Part shown: one piece after another, positions 44,810 through 53,857 of the stretch
Layout of the letters: every line of letters starts with the position of its first letter
How positions within the stretch are numbered: the first letter of the stretch is position 1
NCBI GenBank assembly: GCA_024235015.1
Contig: JACKNG010000003.1
Coordinates: 472,397 to 536,396 of the forward strand
Reading direction: 5' to 3'
DNA from: Gammaproteobacteria bacterium
Lineage (GTDB): Bacteria > Pseudomonadota > Gammaproteobacteria > Ga0077536
Length of the DNA: 64,000 nucleotides
The notes under the pieces: generated by a model
What the model saw: only the letters and a program-made list of their open reading frames with translations
What the model was told of the DNA's origin: nothing
The model's database searches: none
Position numbers and translations under genes: made by a program

Positions 44810-45226
44810 ATGGCCCACACAGCACCACCCAACCCGCCGGCCACGCGCGGCGTCCACCATGTCGGCTTGAGCGTGCCCGACCTCGCCGCCGCCCGCGCCT
44901 TCTTCGTCGACGCCCTCGACTACACCGTGGTCGGCGAGAAACCCGACTACCCGGCGGTCTTCGTCAGCGACGGCGCCGTCATGGTCACCCTGTGGCAGTG
45001 CGCCGCCGACGCCGCGCCGTTCGACCGTCGCCGCCAGGTCGGCCTGCATCACCTGGCGCTCCGCGTCGCCGATCTCGAGGTGCTGGCCGAGCGCCTCGCC
45101 GGGCGGCCGGACACGATCGTGGAGTTCGCGCCCGAACCGCTCGGCGACAGCGGCACCCGGCACATGATGTGCGCGATCCCCGGTGGCATCCGCGTCGAGT
45201 TCATCGCCCCGGCGGGAGGTGCCTGA
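44810..45226 (+). CDS. VOC-family (glyoxalase/bleomycin-resistance/dioxygenase fold) protein
   Basis: GVHHVGLSVPDLAAARAFF ... GLHHLALRVAD. 138 aa from ATG 44810. Confidence 0.8.
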   Translation: MAHTAPPNPPATRGVHHVGLSVPDLAAARAFFVDALDYTVVGEKPDYPAVFVSDGAVMVTLWQCAADAAPFDRRRQVGLHHLALRVADLEVLAERLAGRPDTIVEFAPEPLGDSGTRHMMCAIPGGIRVEFIAPAGGA

Positions 45227-45227
45227 C

Positions 45228-46832
45228 ATGCCTGCCACCAGCCCCTTCCACGTCGGCGAGACGCAGATCCAGGCGCGCCTCGGCGTGCGCGAGGCCGTCG
45301 CCGGCTTCGCCCGGCGCATGGTGCGCGACCACATGCCGGAGCAGCACCGCGAGTTCTACCGCCAGTTGCCCTGCGTGGTCGTCGCCGCCCGCGACGGCGA
45401 CGGCCGCCCCTGGGCCACCCTCATCGCCGACCCGGCCGGGGTCGTCACCTCGCCCGCGCCCGACCGTCTCGACTTCAAAGCCGGCCCGGTCACGGGCGAC
45501 GCGCTCGCGGGCGCGTTCGTCGCCGGCCGCGACGTCGGTGTACTCGGCATCGAGTTCGCAACCCGCCGCCGCAACCGCGTCAACGGTCGCGTCAGCGACG
45601 CCGACGGCCACGGTTTCGGCTTCCGCGTCGACCAGAGCTTTGGCAACTGCCCGCAATACATCCACGACCGCCACTGGCGGCCGGCCGCGCCGGCCGCGTC
45701 ACCGCGACGACGGCTCGGCGCCGAACTCGACGCGGTTCAACAGGCCTGGATCGCGGACGCCGACACCGTCTTCCTGGCCTCGGGTTTCCGCGGCGACGGC
45801 GAGGACCCGGCCTTCGGCATGGATGCCTCCCATCGCGGCGGCCCGCCCGGCTTCGTCCGCGTCCTCGATGCCCACACCCTGGCCTGGCCGGAGTACGCCG
45901 GCAACAACCACTACAACACGCTCGGCAACCTCGTCATGGATCCGCGCATCGGCCTGCTGTTCGTCGACTTCGCCAGCGGCAGCCTGTTACAGCTGAGCGG
46001 GCGCGCGCGCATCGACTTCTCGCCCGATGCGGCGCGCTGGCCCGGCGCGCAACGCGTGGTCGAGGTCAGGGTGGAAGCGGTCAACGACCTGCACGAGGCG
46101 CTGCCGCTGCGCTGGCACGCGCCCGCCGCGCTCGAAGTCGAGGTGGACGAAGTGGTGGACGAAAGCGCCGGGGTGCGCTCGTTCTGGCTGGTCGGCGCCG
46201 ATGGCGCATCCTTGCCGCCCTTCCAGGCCGGCCAGCATGTTCCGCTGGAGGTGACGCTGGGCGGAGTCCGGGCGCTGCGCACCTACTCGCTGTCGTCGGC
46301 GCCGACGGCGCCGCGCTGGCGCATCAGTGTGCGCGCGCTGGCCGGTGGCCGCGTGTCGTCGCACCTGCACGCGGCCGCGACGCCCGGCGCGCGCCTGCGA
46401 GCCGGCCTGCCGGCCGGGCAGTTCGTGCTCGATGGCGGCGCCGGACCGCTCGTGCTGGTGGCCGGCGGGATCGGTGTCACGCCGCTGGCCAGCATGCTCG
46501 CCGAGGCGGTGGCCCGCGGCCGACCGGTCACCTTCGTCTACGCCGCGCGGCACGGCGGCGAGGCGCCCTTGCTGGACGAGGTGCGTGGCCTCGCCCGCAG
46601 CCACGGCGTGCGCCTGCACGTCGCCTTCAGTCGGCCCGCGCCGGGCGAACGTCCCGGCATCGATTTCGACAGCGCCGGCCGCCTCGGCCCCGCCGCGGTG
46701 CAGGCCCTGCTGCCGACCAGCGCGTGCGACGCCCGCGTGTGCGGCCCGCCCGGCTTCGTCGCCGCCGTCACGCACGCACTGGAGGGTGGCGGTGTCGCCG
46801 CCGCGCGGATCCGCGGCGAGACCTTTGGTTGA
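45228..46832 (+). CDS. Fusion protein: PNPOx-like FMN-binding split-barrel + ferredoxin-NADP reductase-type FAD/NAD module
   Basis: N-terminal PNPOx-like domain; C-terminal FNR-like module with RTYSLSS (RxYS FAD motif) and GGIGVTP NAD(P) motif. Start ATG 45228, 2 nt after the VOC stop. Confidence 0.8.
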   Translation: MPATSPFHVGETQIQARLGVREAVAGFARRMVRDHMPEQHREFYRQLPCVVVAARDGDGRPWATLIADPAGVVTSPAPDRLDFKAGPVTGDALAGAFVAGRDVGVLGIEFATRRRNRVNGRVSDADGHGFGFRVDQSFGNCPQYIHDRHWRPAAPAASPRRRLGAELDAVQQAWIADADTVFLASGFRGDGEDPAFGMDASHRGGPPGFVRVLDAHTLAWPEYAGNNHYNTLGNLVMDPRIGLLFVDFASGSLLQLSGRARIDFSPDAARWPGAQRVVEVRVEAVNDLHEALPLRWHAPAALEVEVDEVVDESAGVRSFWLVGADGASLPPFQAGQHVPLEVTLGGVRALRTYSLSSAPTAPRWRISVRALAGGRVSSHLHAAATPGARLRAGLPAGQFVLDGGAGPLVLVAGGIGVTPLASMLAEAVARGRPVTFVYAARHGGEAPLLDEVRGLARSHGVRLHVAFSRPAPGERPGIDFDSAGRLGPAAVQALLPTSACDARVCGPPGFVAAVTHALEGGGVAAARIRGETFG

Positions 46833-47214
46833 GACCGCAGTGGCACGCGGCAGCCCCGCCGCCTTCTCAGGCCACGTCTGTGGCGTGCTGCGACGGCCGC
46901 CGGCACGGCGCGACGTACGTTCCATCACAGGGGTCGTCGCGTTCCGGCTGGAACCGCTAGCGTCGGGTCGTGGGTGTGCGGGGCCCGCGGGGGTGGTCCG
47001 CCGGTCGCGCTACGGCGGCGTGCTCGGCCCGGATGTCACGGCGGTCGGGCGAATGTAACAAATTGTCACGTTTCAGCCGGCGGCCGGCGGTCGACTGAAC
47101 CCGCTCGCCGATTCCGCTATCGTCCTCCTGTCGGAGTCGTAGCCTCGGCCAGCCATGCGACAGCGCGGCCAGCGTGGGGTGCCCTGTCAGGATCGCAACG
47201 GAGGGGGAATCCTC

Positions 47215-50200
47215 ATGGTCGCCAGGTATAGCCGCGCCATCGCGCTCAGTCTCCTAGTCACCGCTGCCGGCACGCGTGCGGCCATGGCGGACGTTGTCAG
47301 CAGTTGCGTCTTCACGGGCGATCTCGGTACGGCTTGGAGTGTCGCCGCCAATTGGGACTGCTTCGGGCTCCCCGGGCCGCCAAACAACGCACCGCCACAA
47401 CGCTGGTTCGCGGTCATTCCCCAGGACGCCATCGCACACCTCGACCAGGACGCCGCCATCGACAAGCTCGCCATCGACAGTGGCGGCCAGTTGCACATCG
47501 ACAACATCCGGCACCTGCGCCTCGAGAACAGCGGTGAGCCCGACTCCGGCGCCCACCAGATCACCGGGACCCTGTTTCTGGATTCGGTCGGCAACCTCAC
47601 CGATCTCGAGTTCGCCGGCGGCCACGGCATCGGGACGCTCAGCCACGGCCTCATCCAGCTCTCCAACAATACCCAGAACCGTATCCGCGGCTTCAGCGGG
47701 GGTGGCGCCGATACGCTGGTCCTCGACGGCGTCGACGTGCGCGGCGCCGGGCAGTTCGGCGTCAACTCGCTCGTCATCTATACCAATGCACTGGTCGACG
47801 CCAACGTCGCGAACCCGCTGGTCGTCGATCCCGACGAGACCGGCGGCGCCAAGTTCACCAACGACGGTATCCTGCAATCGAGCGCCAACGGCACGCTGGT
47901 GCTGCAGTTCGGCACGTTCGACAACCGCAACGGCACGATCCGGGCGCTCGACGATGGCCAGACCGTGCTCAGCACGGTGACCGTCGAGGGTGGGCAGCTG
48001 ACCACGGGAGGCAACGGCCGCGTTCGTGTGTCCGGCGTCGCCGTGCTCGATGGCAGCGCGGATCTCGTCAACGACGCCGTCATCGACGTGCCCAACTTCC
48101 AGGCCCTCGACCTCCTCGGTCACATCACCAACAACGGCACCATCAACCTGCAGTCGGTCGGCAACGTCACCAGCCTGCGCCTGCGCGACGACGTCACCCT
48201 CGACGGCAACGGCACCGTCAATCTCAGCAACAACTCCGAGAACGAGTTGCGCTCGACCGGCGGCGTCTTCACCCTCACCAACGAGAGCAACCTCCTGCGC
48301 GGCTCGGGACGACTCGGCGCCAACACCCTCGGCCTCGTCAACCGCGGCACTGTCCGCGCCGACCAGCCCAACGCCCTCGTCGTCGACCCCGACGATGCAC
48401 GCGGCGTCGTCAACGCCGGCCTCATGGAAGCCACCGCCGGCGGCACGCTCACCCTCGCCGACGGCCTGTTCCAGAACTTCGAGGGACCCGTCGACGGCAC
48501 CATCCAGGCCACCGACGGCACCGTCGAGGTCAACGGCGCCACCGTCGATGGCGGCAACGTCGCCACCCATGGCAGCGCCACCCTGCGTCTCGTCAACGGC
48601 ACCGTCCACGGCGGCACCCTCGTCAACGGCGCCGGCAGCACCGTGCGTGCCGCTTCCGGCACCTCCCGCCTCGGCGGTGCCGTCACCTTCGACACCGGCT
48701 CGTTCGTCGTCGTCGACAACTTCGCCACCCTCGACCTCGAGGCCAGCGCCGGCGCCACCAGCTACCTCAACGACGGCCGCATCGCCCTCAACTCCGTCGG
48801 CAACGTCACCACCCTGCGCCTGCTCGGCGACGTCACCCTCGACGGCAGCGGCGAACTCCTGCTCAACGGCAACACCGAGAACTACGTCCGCGGCCTCGCC
48901 GGCACCGAGCGCCTCACCCTCAACGGCCAACTCGTCCACGGCGGCGGACGCCTCGGCAACAACCTCCTGAGCCTCACCCTCGACGCCAACACCGTCCTCG
49001 ACGCCGACCTCGCCGGCCGTATCCTCTTCGTCGACCCCGCCGCCTCCGGCGACGTCACCAACCTCGGCCTCATGCGCGCCTCCAACGGCGGCACCCTCGA
49101 ACTCGGCGACGGCCAGGTCTTCAATGCCGGCGGCACCATCGCCGCCGACGACGCCTCGCGCGTGCGCCTGAGCAACGTCAACATCGCCGGCGGCCACCTC
49201 GACTCGACCGGCTCGGGCCGCTTCGAGATCGTCGGCAACACCGTCCTCGACGGCATCGGCCTGGTCAACGACGCCGTCATCGACGTGCCCAACTTCCAGG
49301 CCCTCGACCTCCTCGGTCACATCACCAACAACGGCACCATCAACCTGCAGTCGGTCGGCAACGTCACCAGCCTGCGCCTGCGCGACGACGTCACCCTCGA
49401 CGGCAACGGCACCGTCAATCTCAGCAACAACTCCGAGAACGAGTTGCGCTCGACCGGCGGCGTCTTCACCCTCACCAACGAGAGCAACCTCCTGCGCGGC
49501 TCGGGACGACTCGGCGCCAACACCCTCGGCCTCGTCAACCGCGGCACTGTCCGCGCCGACCAGCCCAACGCCCTCGTCGTCGACCCCGACGATGCACGCG
49601 GCGTCGTCAACGCCGGCCTCATGGAAGCCACCGCCGGCGGCACGCTCACCCTCGCCGACGGCCTGTTCCAGAACTTCGAGGGACCCGTCGACGGCACCAT
49701 CCAGGCCACCGACGGCACCGTCGAGGTCAACGGCGCCACCGTCGATGGCGGCAACGTCGCCACCCATGGCAGCGCCACCCTGCGTCTCGTCAACGGCACC
49801 GTCCACGGCGGCACCCTCGTCAACGGCGCCGGCAGCACCGTGCGTGCCGCTTCCGGCACCTCCCGCCTCGGCGGTGCCGTCACCTTCGACACCGGCTCGT
49901 TCGTCGTCGTCGACAACTTCGCCACCCTCGACCTCGAGGCCAGCGCCGGCGCCACCAGCTACCTCAACGACGGCCGCATCGCCCTCAACTCCGTCGGCAA
50001 CGTCACCACCCTGCGCCTGCTCGGCGACGTCACCCTCGACGGCAGCGGCGAACTCCTGCTCAACGGCAACACCGAGAACTACGTCCGCGGCCTCGCCGGC
50101 ACCGAGCGCCTCACCCTCAACGGCCAACTCGTCCACGGCGGCGGACGCCTCGGCAACAACCTCCTGAGCCTCACCCTCGACGCCAACACCGTCCTCGACG

Positions 50201-52653
50201 CCGACCTCGCCGGCCGTATCCTCTTCGTCGACCCCGCCGCCTCCGGCGACGTCACCAACCTCGGCCTCATGCGCGCCTCCAACGGCGGCACCCTCGAACT
50301 CGGCGACGGCCAGGTCTTCAATGCCGGCGGCACCATCGCCGCCGACGACGCCTCGCGCGTGCGCCTGAGCAACGTCAACATCGCCGGCGGCCACCTCGAC
50401 TCGACCGGCTCGGGCCGCTTCGAGATCGTCGGCAACACCGTCCTCGACGGCATCGGCCTGGTCAACGACGCCGTCATCGACGTGCCCAACTTCCAGGCCC
50501 TCGACCTCCTCGGTCACATCACCAACAACGGCACCATCAACCTGCAGTCGGTCGGCAACGTCACCAGCCTGCGCCTGCGCGACGACGTCACCCTCGACGG
50601 CAACGGCACCGTCAATCTCAGCAACAACTCCGAGAACGAGTTGCGCTCGACCGGCGGCGTCTTCACCCTCACCAACGAGAGCAACCTCCTGCGCGGCTCG
50701 GGACGACTCGGCGCCAACACCCTCGGCCTCGTCAACCGCGGCACTGTCCGCGCCGACCAGCCCAACGCCCTCGTCGTCGACCCCGACGATGCACGCGGCG
50801 TCGTCAACGCCGGCCTCATGGAAGCCACCGCCGGCGGCACGCTCACCCTCGCCGACGGCCTGTTCCAGAACTTCGAGGGACCCGTCGACGGCACCATCCA
50901 GGCCACCGACGGCACCGTCGAGGTCAACGGCGCCACCGTCGATGGCGGCAACGTCGCCACCCATGGCAGCGCCACCCTGCGTCTCGTCAACGGCACCGTC
51001 CACGGCGGCACCCTCGTCAACGGCGCCGGCAGCACCGTGCGTGCCGCTTCCGGCACCTCCCGCCTCGGCGGTGCCGTCACCTTCGACACCGGCTCGTTCG
51101 TCGTCGTCGACAACTTCGCCACCCTCGACCTCGAGGCCAGCGCCGGCGCCACCAGCTACCTCAACGACGGCCGCATCGCCCTCAACTCCGTCGGCAACGT
51201 CACCACCCTGCGCCTGCTCGGCGACGTCACCCTCGACGGCAGCGGCGAACTCCTGCTCAACGGCAACACCGAGAACTACGTCCGCGGCCTCGCCGGCACC
51301 GAGCGCCTCACCCTCAACGGCCAACTCGTCCACGGCGGCGGACGCCTCGGCAACAACCTCCTGAGCCTCACCCTCGACGCCAACACCGTCCTCGACGCCG
51401 ACCTCGCCGGCCGTATCCTCTTCGTCGACCCCGCCGCCTCCGGCGACGTCACCAACCTCGGCCTCATGCGCGCCTCCAACGGCGGCACCCTCGAACTCGG
51501 CGACGGCCAGGTCTTCAATGCCGGCGGCACCATCGCCGCCGACGACGCCTCGCGCGTGCGCCTGAGCAACGTCAACATCGCCGGCGGCCACCTCGACTCG
51601 ACCGGCTCGGGCCGCTTCGAGATCGTCGGCAACACCGTCCTCGACGGCATCGGCCTGGTCAACGACGCCGTCATCGACGTGCCCAACTTCCAGGCCCTCG
51701 ACCTCCTCGGTCACATCACCAACAACGGCACCATCAACCTGCAGTCGGTCGGCAACGTCACCAGCCTGCGCCTGCGCGACGACGTCACCCTCGACGGCAA
51801 CGGCACCGTCAATCTCAGCAACAACTCCGAGAACGAGTTGCGCTCGACCGGCGGCGTCTTCACCCTCACCAACGAGAGCAACCTCCTGCGCGGCTCGGGA
51901 CGACTCGGCGCCAACACCCTCGGCCTCGTCAACCGCGGCACTGTCCGCGCCGACCAGCCCAACGCCCTCGTCGTCGACCCCGACGATGCACGCGGTTTCG
52001 TCAACGAGGGCACCCTCGAGGCCGTCGGGATAGGCACACTCACCCTGGCGTCAGGTGCCTTCTCGACCAGTGGCGTCGTCACGGTCGCGTCGACCGCTAA
52101 GCTCCTGCGTCAAGGTCTCTACCGTCAGACCGCCGGTGTGACCCAGGTCGACGGCCTGCTCACGGCGACGGGCGGCGTCCTCATCGAAGGTGGACTGCTG
52201 GGCGGCCACGGCACCGTCGCGGGTGACGTCGACAACGGCGGGCAAGTCGGCCCGGGCGGCTCGATCGGCCAACTCGACATCAGCGGGAACTACGTCCAGC
52301 GCAGTGCCGGCGAACTGCTGATCGAGATTGCCGGGCTCGGCGTCAACGACGTTCTCGCCGTCACCGGCGAGGCGAGCCTGGGCGGCCTGGTCGCGGTCGA
52401 TCTCGATCCAGGCTACCTGCCGGCGCTCGGCGACAGCTTCGTCTTCCTGCTCGCCGACACGATTGCGAACGGCTTCGACGGTATCGCCTGCATCAGCTGC
52501 AACGGCCGCCAGTTCGAGTTGCTCTACGGTACCGATTTCGCCGCGCTGGTCGTGACCTCGGCGGTCCCGCTACCACCCGCCCTGTGGATGACACTGGGGG
52601 CACTGGTCACGCTCGCCGCGCGCCGGCGCGACGCCACGCCCGGGACGCGCTGA
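47215..52653 (+). CDS. Giant secreted beta-helical repeat protein (adhesin-like), 1812 aa, with PEP-CTERM-like C-terminal sorting signal
   Basis: RBS GGAGGGGG then ATG 47215; signal peptide MVARYSRAIALSLLVTAAGTRAAMA. About 200-aa Gly/Asn/Thr/Leu-rich modules (…SVGNVT.LRL.DDVTLDG.G…LVVDPDDARGVVNAGL…GGTLTL.DG…), beta-helix-like. C-terminal autotransporter-associated beta-strand-repeat-like segment (GQLDISGNYVQRSAGELLIEIAG...LAVTGEASLGGLVAVDL) and tail VPLPPALWMTLGALVTLAARRRD. Confidence 0.85.
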   Translation: MVARYSRAIALSLLVTAAGTRAAMADVVSSCVFTGDLGTAWSVAANWDCFGLPGPPNNAPPQRWFAVIPQDAIAHLDQDAAIDKLAIDSGGQLHIDNIRHLRLENSGEPDSGAHQITGTLFLDSVGNLTDLEFAGGHGIGTLSHGLIQLSNNTQNRIRGFSGGGADTLVLDGVDVRGAGQFGVNSLVIYTNALVDANVANPLVVDPDETGGAKFTNDGILQSSANGTLVLQFGTFDNRNGTIRALDDGQTVLSTVTVEGGQLTTGGNGRVRVSGVAVLDGSADLVNDAVIDVPNFQALDLLGHITNNGTINLQSVGNVTSLRLRDDVTLDGNGTVNLSNNSENELRSTGGVFTLTNESNLLRGSGRLGANTLGLVNRGTVRADQPNALVVDPDDARGVVNAGLMEATAGGTLTLADGLFQNFEGPVDGTIQATDGTVEVNGATVDGGNVATHGSATLRLVNGTVHGGTLVNGAGSTVRAASGTSRLGGAVTFDTGSFVVVDNFATLDLEASAGATSYLNDGRIALNSVGNVTTLRLLGDVTLDGSGELLLNGNTENYVRGLAGTERLTLNGQLVHGGGRLGNNLLSLTLDANTVLDADLAGRILFVDPAASGDVTNLGLMRASNGGTLELGDGQVFNAGGTIAADDASRVRLSNVNIAGGHLDSTGSGRFEIVGNTVLDGIGLVNDAVIDVPNFQALDLLGHITNNGTINLQSVGNVTSLRLRDDVTLDGNGTVNLSNNSENELRSTGGVFTLTNESNLLRGSGRLGANTLGLVNRGTVRADQPNALVVDPDDARGVVNAGLMEATAGGTLTLADGLFQNFEGPVDGTIQATDGTVEVNGATVDGGNVATHGSATLRLVNGTVHGGTLVNGAGSTVRAASGTSRLGGAVTFDTGSFVVVDNFATLDLEASAGATSYLNDGRIALNSVGNVTTLRLLGDVTLDGSGELLLNGNTENYVRGLAGTERLTLNGQLVHGGGRLGNNLLSLTLDANTVLDADLAGRILFVDPAASGDVTNLGLMRASNGGTLELGDGQVFNAGGTIAADDASRVRLSNVNIAGGHLDSTGSGRFEIVGNTVLDGIGLVNDAVIDVPNFQALDLLGHITNNGTINLQSVGNVTSLRLRDDVTLDGNGTVNLSNNSENELRSTGGVFTLTNESNLLRGSGRLGANTLGLVNRGTVRADQPNALVVDPDDARGVVNAGLMEATAGGTLTLADGLFQNFEGPVDGTIQATDGTVEVNGATVDGGNVATHGSATLRLVNGTVHGGTLVNGAGSTVRAASGTSRLGGAVTFDTGSFVVVDNFATLDLEASAGATSYLNDGRIALNSVGNVTTLRLLGDVTLDGSGELLLNGNTENYVRGLAGTERLTLNGQLVHGGGRLGNNLLSLTLDANTVLDADLAGRILFVDPAASGDVTNLGLMRASNGGTLELGDGQVFNAGGTIAADDASRVRLSNVNIAGGHLDSTGSGRFEIVGNTVLDGIGLVNDAVIDVPNFQALDLLGHITNNGTINLQSVGNVTSLRLRDDVTLDGNGTVNLSNNSENELRSTGGVFTLTNESNLLRGSGRLGANTLGLVNRGTVRADQPNALVVDPDDARGFVNEGTLEAVGIGTLTLASGAFSTSGVVTVASTAKLLRQGLYRQTAGVTQVDGLLTATGGVLIEGGLLGGHGTVAGDVDNGGQVGPGGSIGQLDISGNYVQRSAGELLIEIAGLGVNDVLAVTGEASLGGLVAVDLDPGYLPALGDSFVFLLADTIANGFDGIACISCNGRQFELLYGTDFAALVVTSAVPLPPALWMTLGALVTLAARRRDATPGTR
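48067..51996. repeat. Tandem array of nucleotide-identical 1197-bp (399-codon) repeats: 3 full copies (48067, 49264, 50461) plus a 339-bp partial 4th copy, inside the giant gene
   Basis: Period measured from recurrence of gacgccgtcatcgacgtgcccaacttccagg at 48073/49270/50467/51664. Identical translated blocks on both strands in the ORF track (three identical 212-aa and three identical 136-aa antisense ORFs). Copy 4 diverges at about 51997. Confidence 0.9.
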
Positions 52654-52721
52654 GCGAGACGCGGCTGCCGCGCCGCGGGTCAGCAGCCTGCCCCGCGGAC
52701 CCGGGCGCCACGGCCGGCGGC

Positions 52722-53729
52722 TCACAGTTCGATGACGATCTTGCCGAAGTGCCCCGCCTGCTGCATGCAATGGAAGGCCTCGCGCGCCTCGGCGAGCGGG
52801 AAGCGGCGATCGATGACGGGCTCGAGGCCATTGGCGGCGAAGGCCGCGTTCATGTTCTCGAACATCTCGCGGCTGCCGACGTAGATGCCCTGCACGTCGA
52901 CGCTCTTGAACAGCACGGGCATGGGATCGATGGCGTTCTCGAAGCCGGTCAGGACGCCGATCAGCCACACGTGACCACCGTAGGCGGTGGCGTTGATCGA
53001 CTTCGCGAGCGTACCCGAGCCGCCGACCTCGACGACGTGGTCGACGCCGCGCCCGCCGGTGAGTTCGAGTACGGCCTGGTCCCAGTCCGGGGTATCGCGA
53101 TAGTTGATGGTCTCGTCCGCGCCGAGGGCGCGGGCACGGGCGATCTTGGCGTCGCTGCTGGAGGTGAGAATGACCCGCGCGCCGTGCATCTTCGCGATCT
53201 GCAGCGCGAACAGCGACACGCCGCCCGTACCGAGCACGAGCACCGTCTCGCCGGCCATCAAGCGGCCCTTGGCGACCAGGGCGTGCCACGCGGTCAGCGC
53301 CGCGCACGGCAGCGTCGCGGCCTGCGCCGCGGTCCAGCCCGGGGGCACGTGCACGGCGCCGTCCTCGTGCAGGCAGACGTGCTCGGCGAGCATGCCGGGC
53401 AGGCGCCCGCCGAGGGCCGATTCCATCACCTCGCCAGTGATGCGCCCGGCCGGCCAGCGCTGGAAGAAGGTGCCGGCGACGAGGTCACCGACCTTGAAGC
53501 GCGTCACCGCCGGCCCCACCGCGACGACCTCGCCGGCGCCGTCCGAACAGGGCACCAGCGGCCAGCGATCCTGGTCGACCACGCCGAGCACGTGCAGCAG
53601 GTCGCGGTAGTTGAGCGAAACCGCGCGCACGCGCACGATGACGTCGTACGGGCCGGGTGCGGGAACCTCGCGGGTCACGGGCACGAGCGCGTCGATGCCG
53701 CCGTCTGATCGGATTTCCCAGGCATTCAT
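52722..53729 (-). CDS. MDR-family NAD(P)H:quinone oxidoreductase / Zn-independent alcohol dehydrogenase-like (Qor type)
   Basis: 335 aa from ATG 53729 (MNAWEIRSDGGIDALV...). LVLGTGGVSLFALQIAK Rossmann motif; no catalytic Zn ligands. Confidence 0.85.
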   Translation of the reverse strand: MNAWEIRSDGGIDALVPVTREVPAPGPYDVIVRVRAVSLNYRDLLHVLGVVDQDRWPLVPCSDGAGEVVAVGPAVTRFKVGDLVAGTFFQRWPAGRITGEVMESALGGRLPGMLAEHVCLHEDGAVHVPPGWTAAQAATLPCAALTAWHALVAKGRLMAGETVLVLGTGGVSLFALQIAKMHGARVILTSSSDAKIARARALGADETINYRDTPDWDQAVLELTGGRGVDHVVEVGGSGTLAKSINATAYGGHVWLIGVLTGFENAIDPMPVLFKSVDVQGIYVGSREMFENMNAAFAANGLEPVIDRRFPLAEAREAFHCMQQAGHFGKIVIEL

Positions 53730-53857
53730 TCGCCGCTCTCCTTGGAACTGATGGGGCGGGATTATGGCGTGCGCGACCGGCGCGGGGAACCGCGTGCAGC
53801 GATGGCGCGGGCCGGCGGGCGGTGCTAGCGTTGCCGTCGTTTCAAGGAGATCGTGCG

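Noticed and set aside
47254-51714. 1486-aa minus-strand ORF and multiple identical 136/212-aa antisense ORFs
   Set aside because: They are antisense of the giant repeat gene, open only because of GC-rich codon bias and repeated because the underlying DNA is tandemly duplicated. The product is Gly/Ala/Val/Asp/Glu low-complexity. The plus-strand gene has a signal peptide, an RBS and a coherent domain structure.
48067-51996. Possibility that the regular tandem repeats are a CRISPR array
   Set aside because: The unit is 1197 bp with no short repeat/spacer alternation, lies inside a continuous ORF with in-frame protein modules, and has no cas genes nearby.
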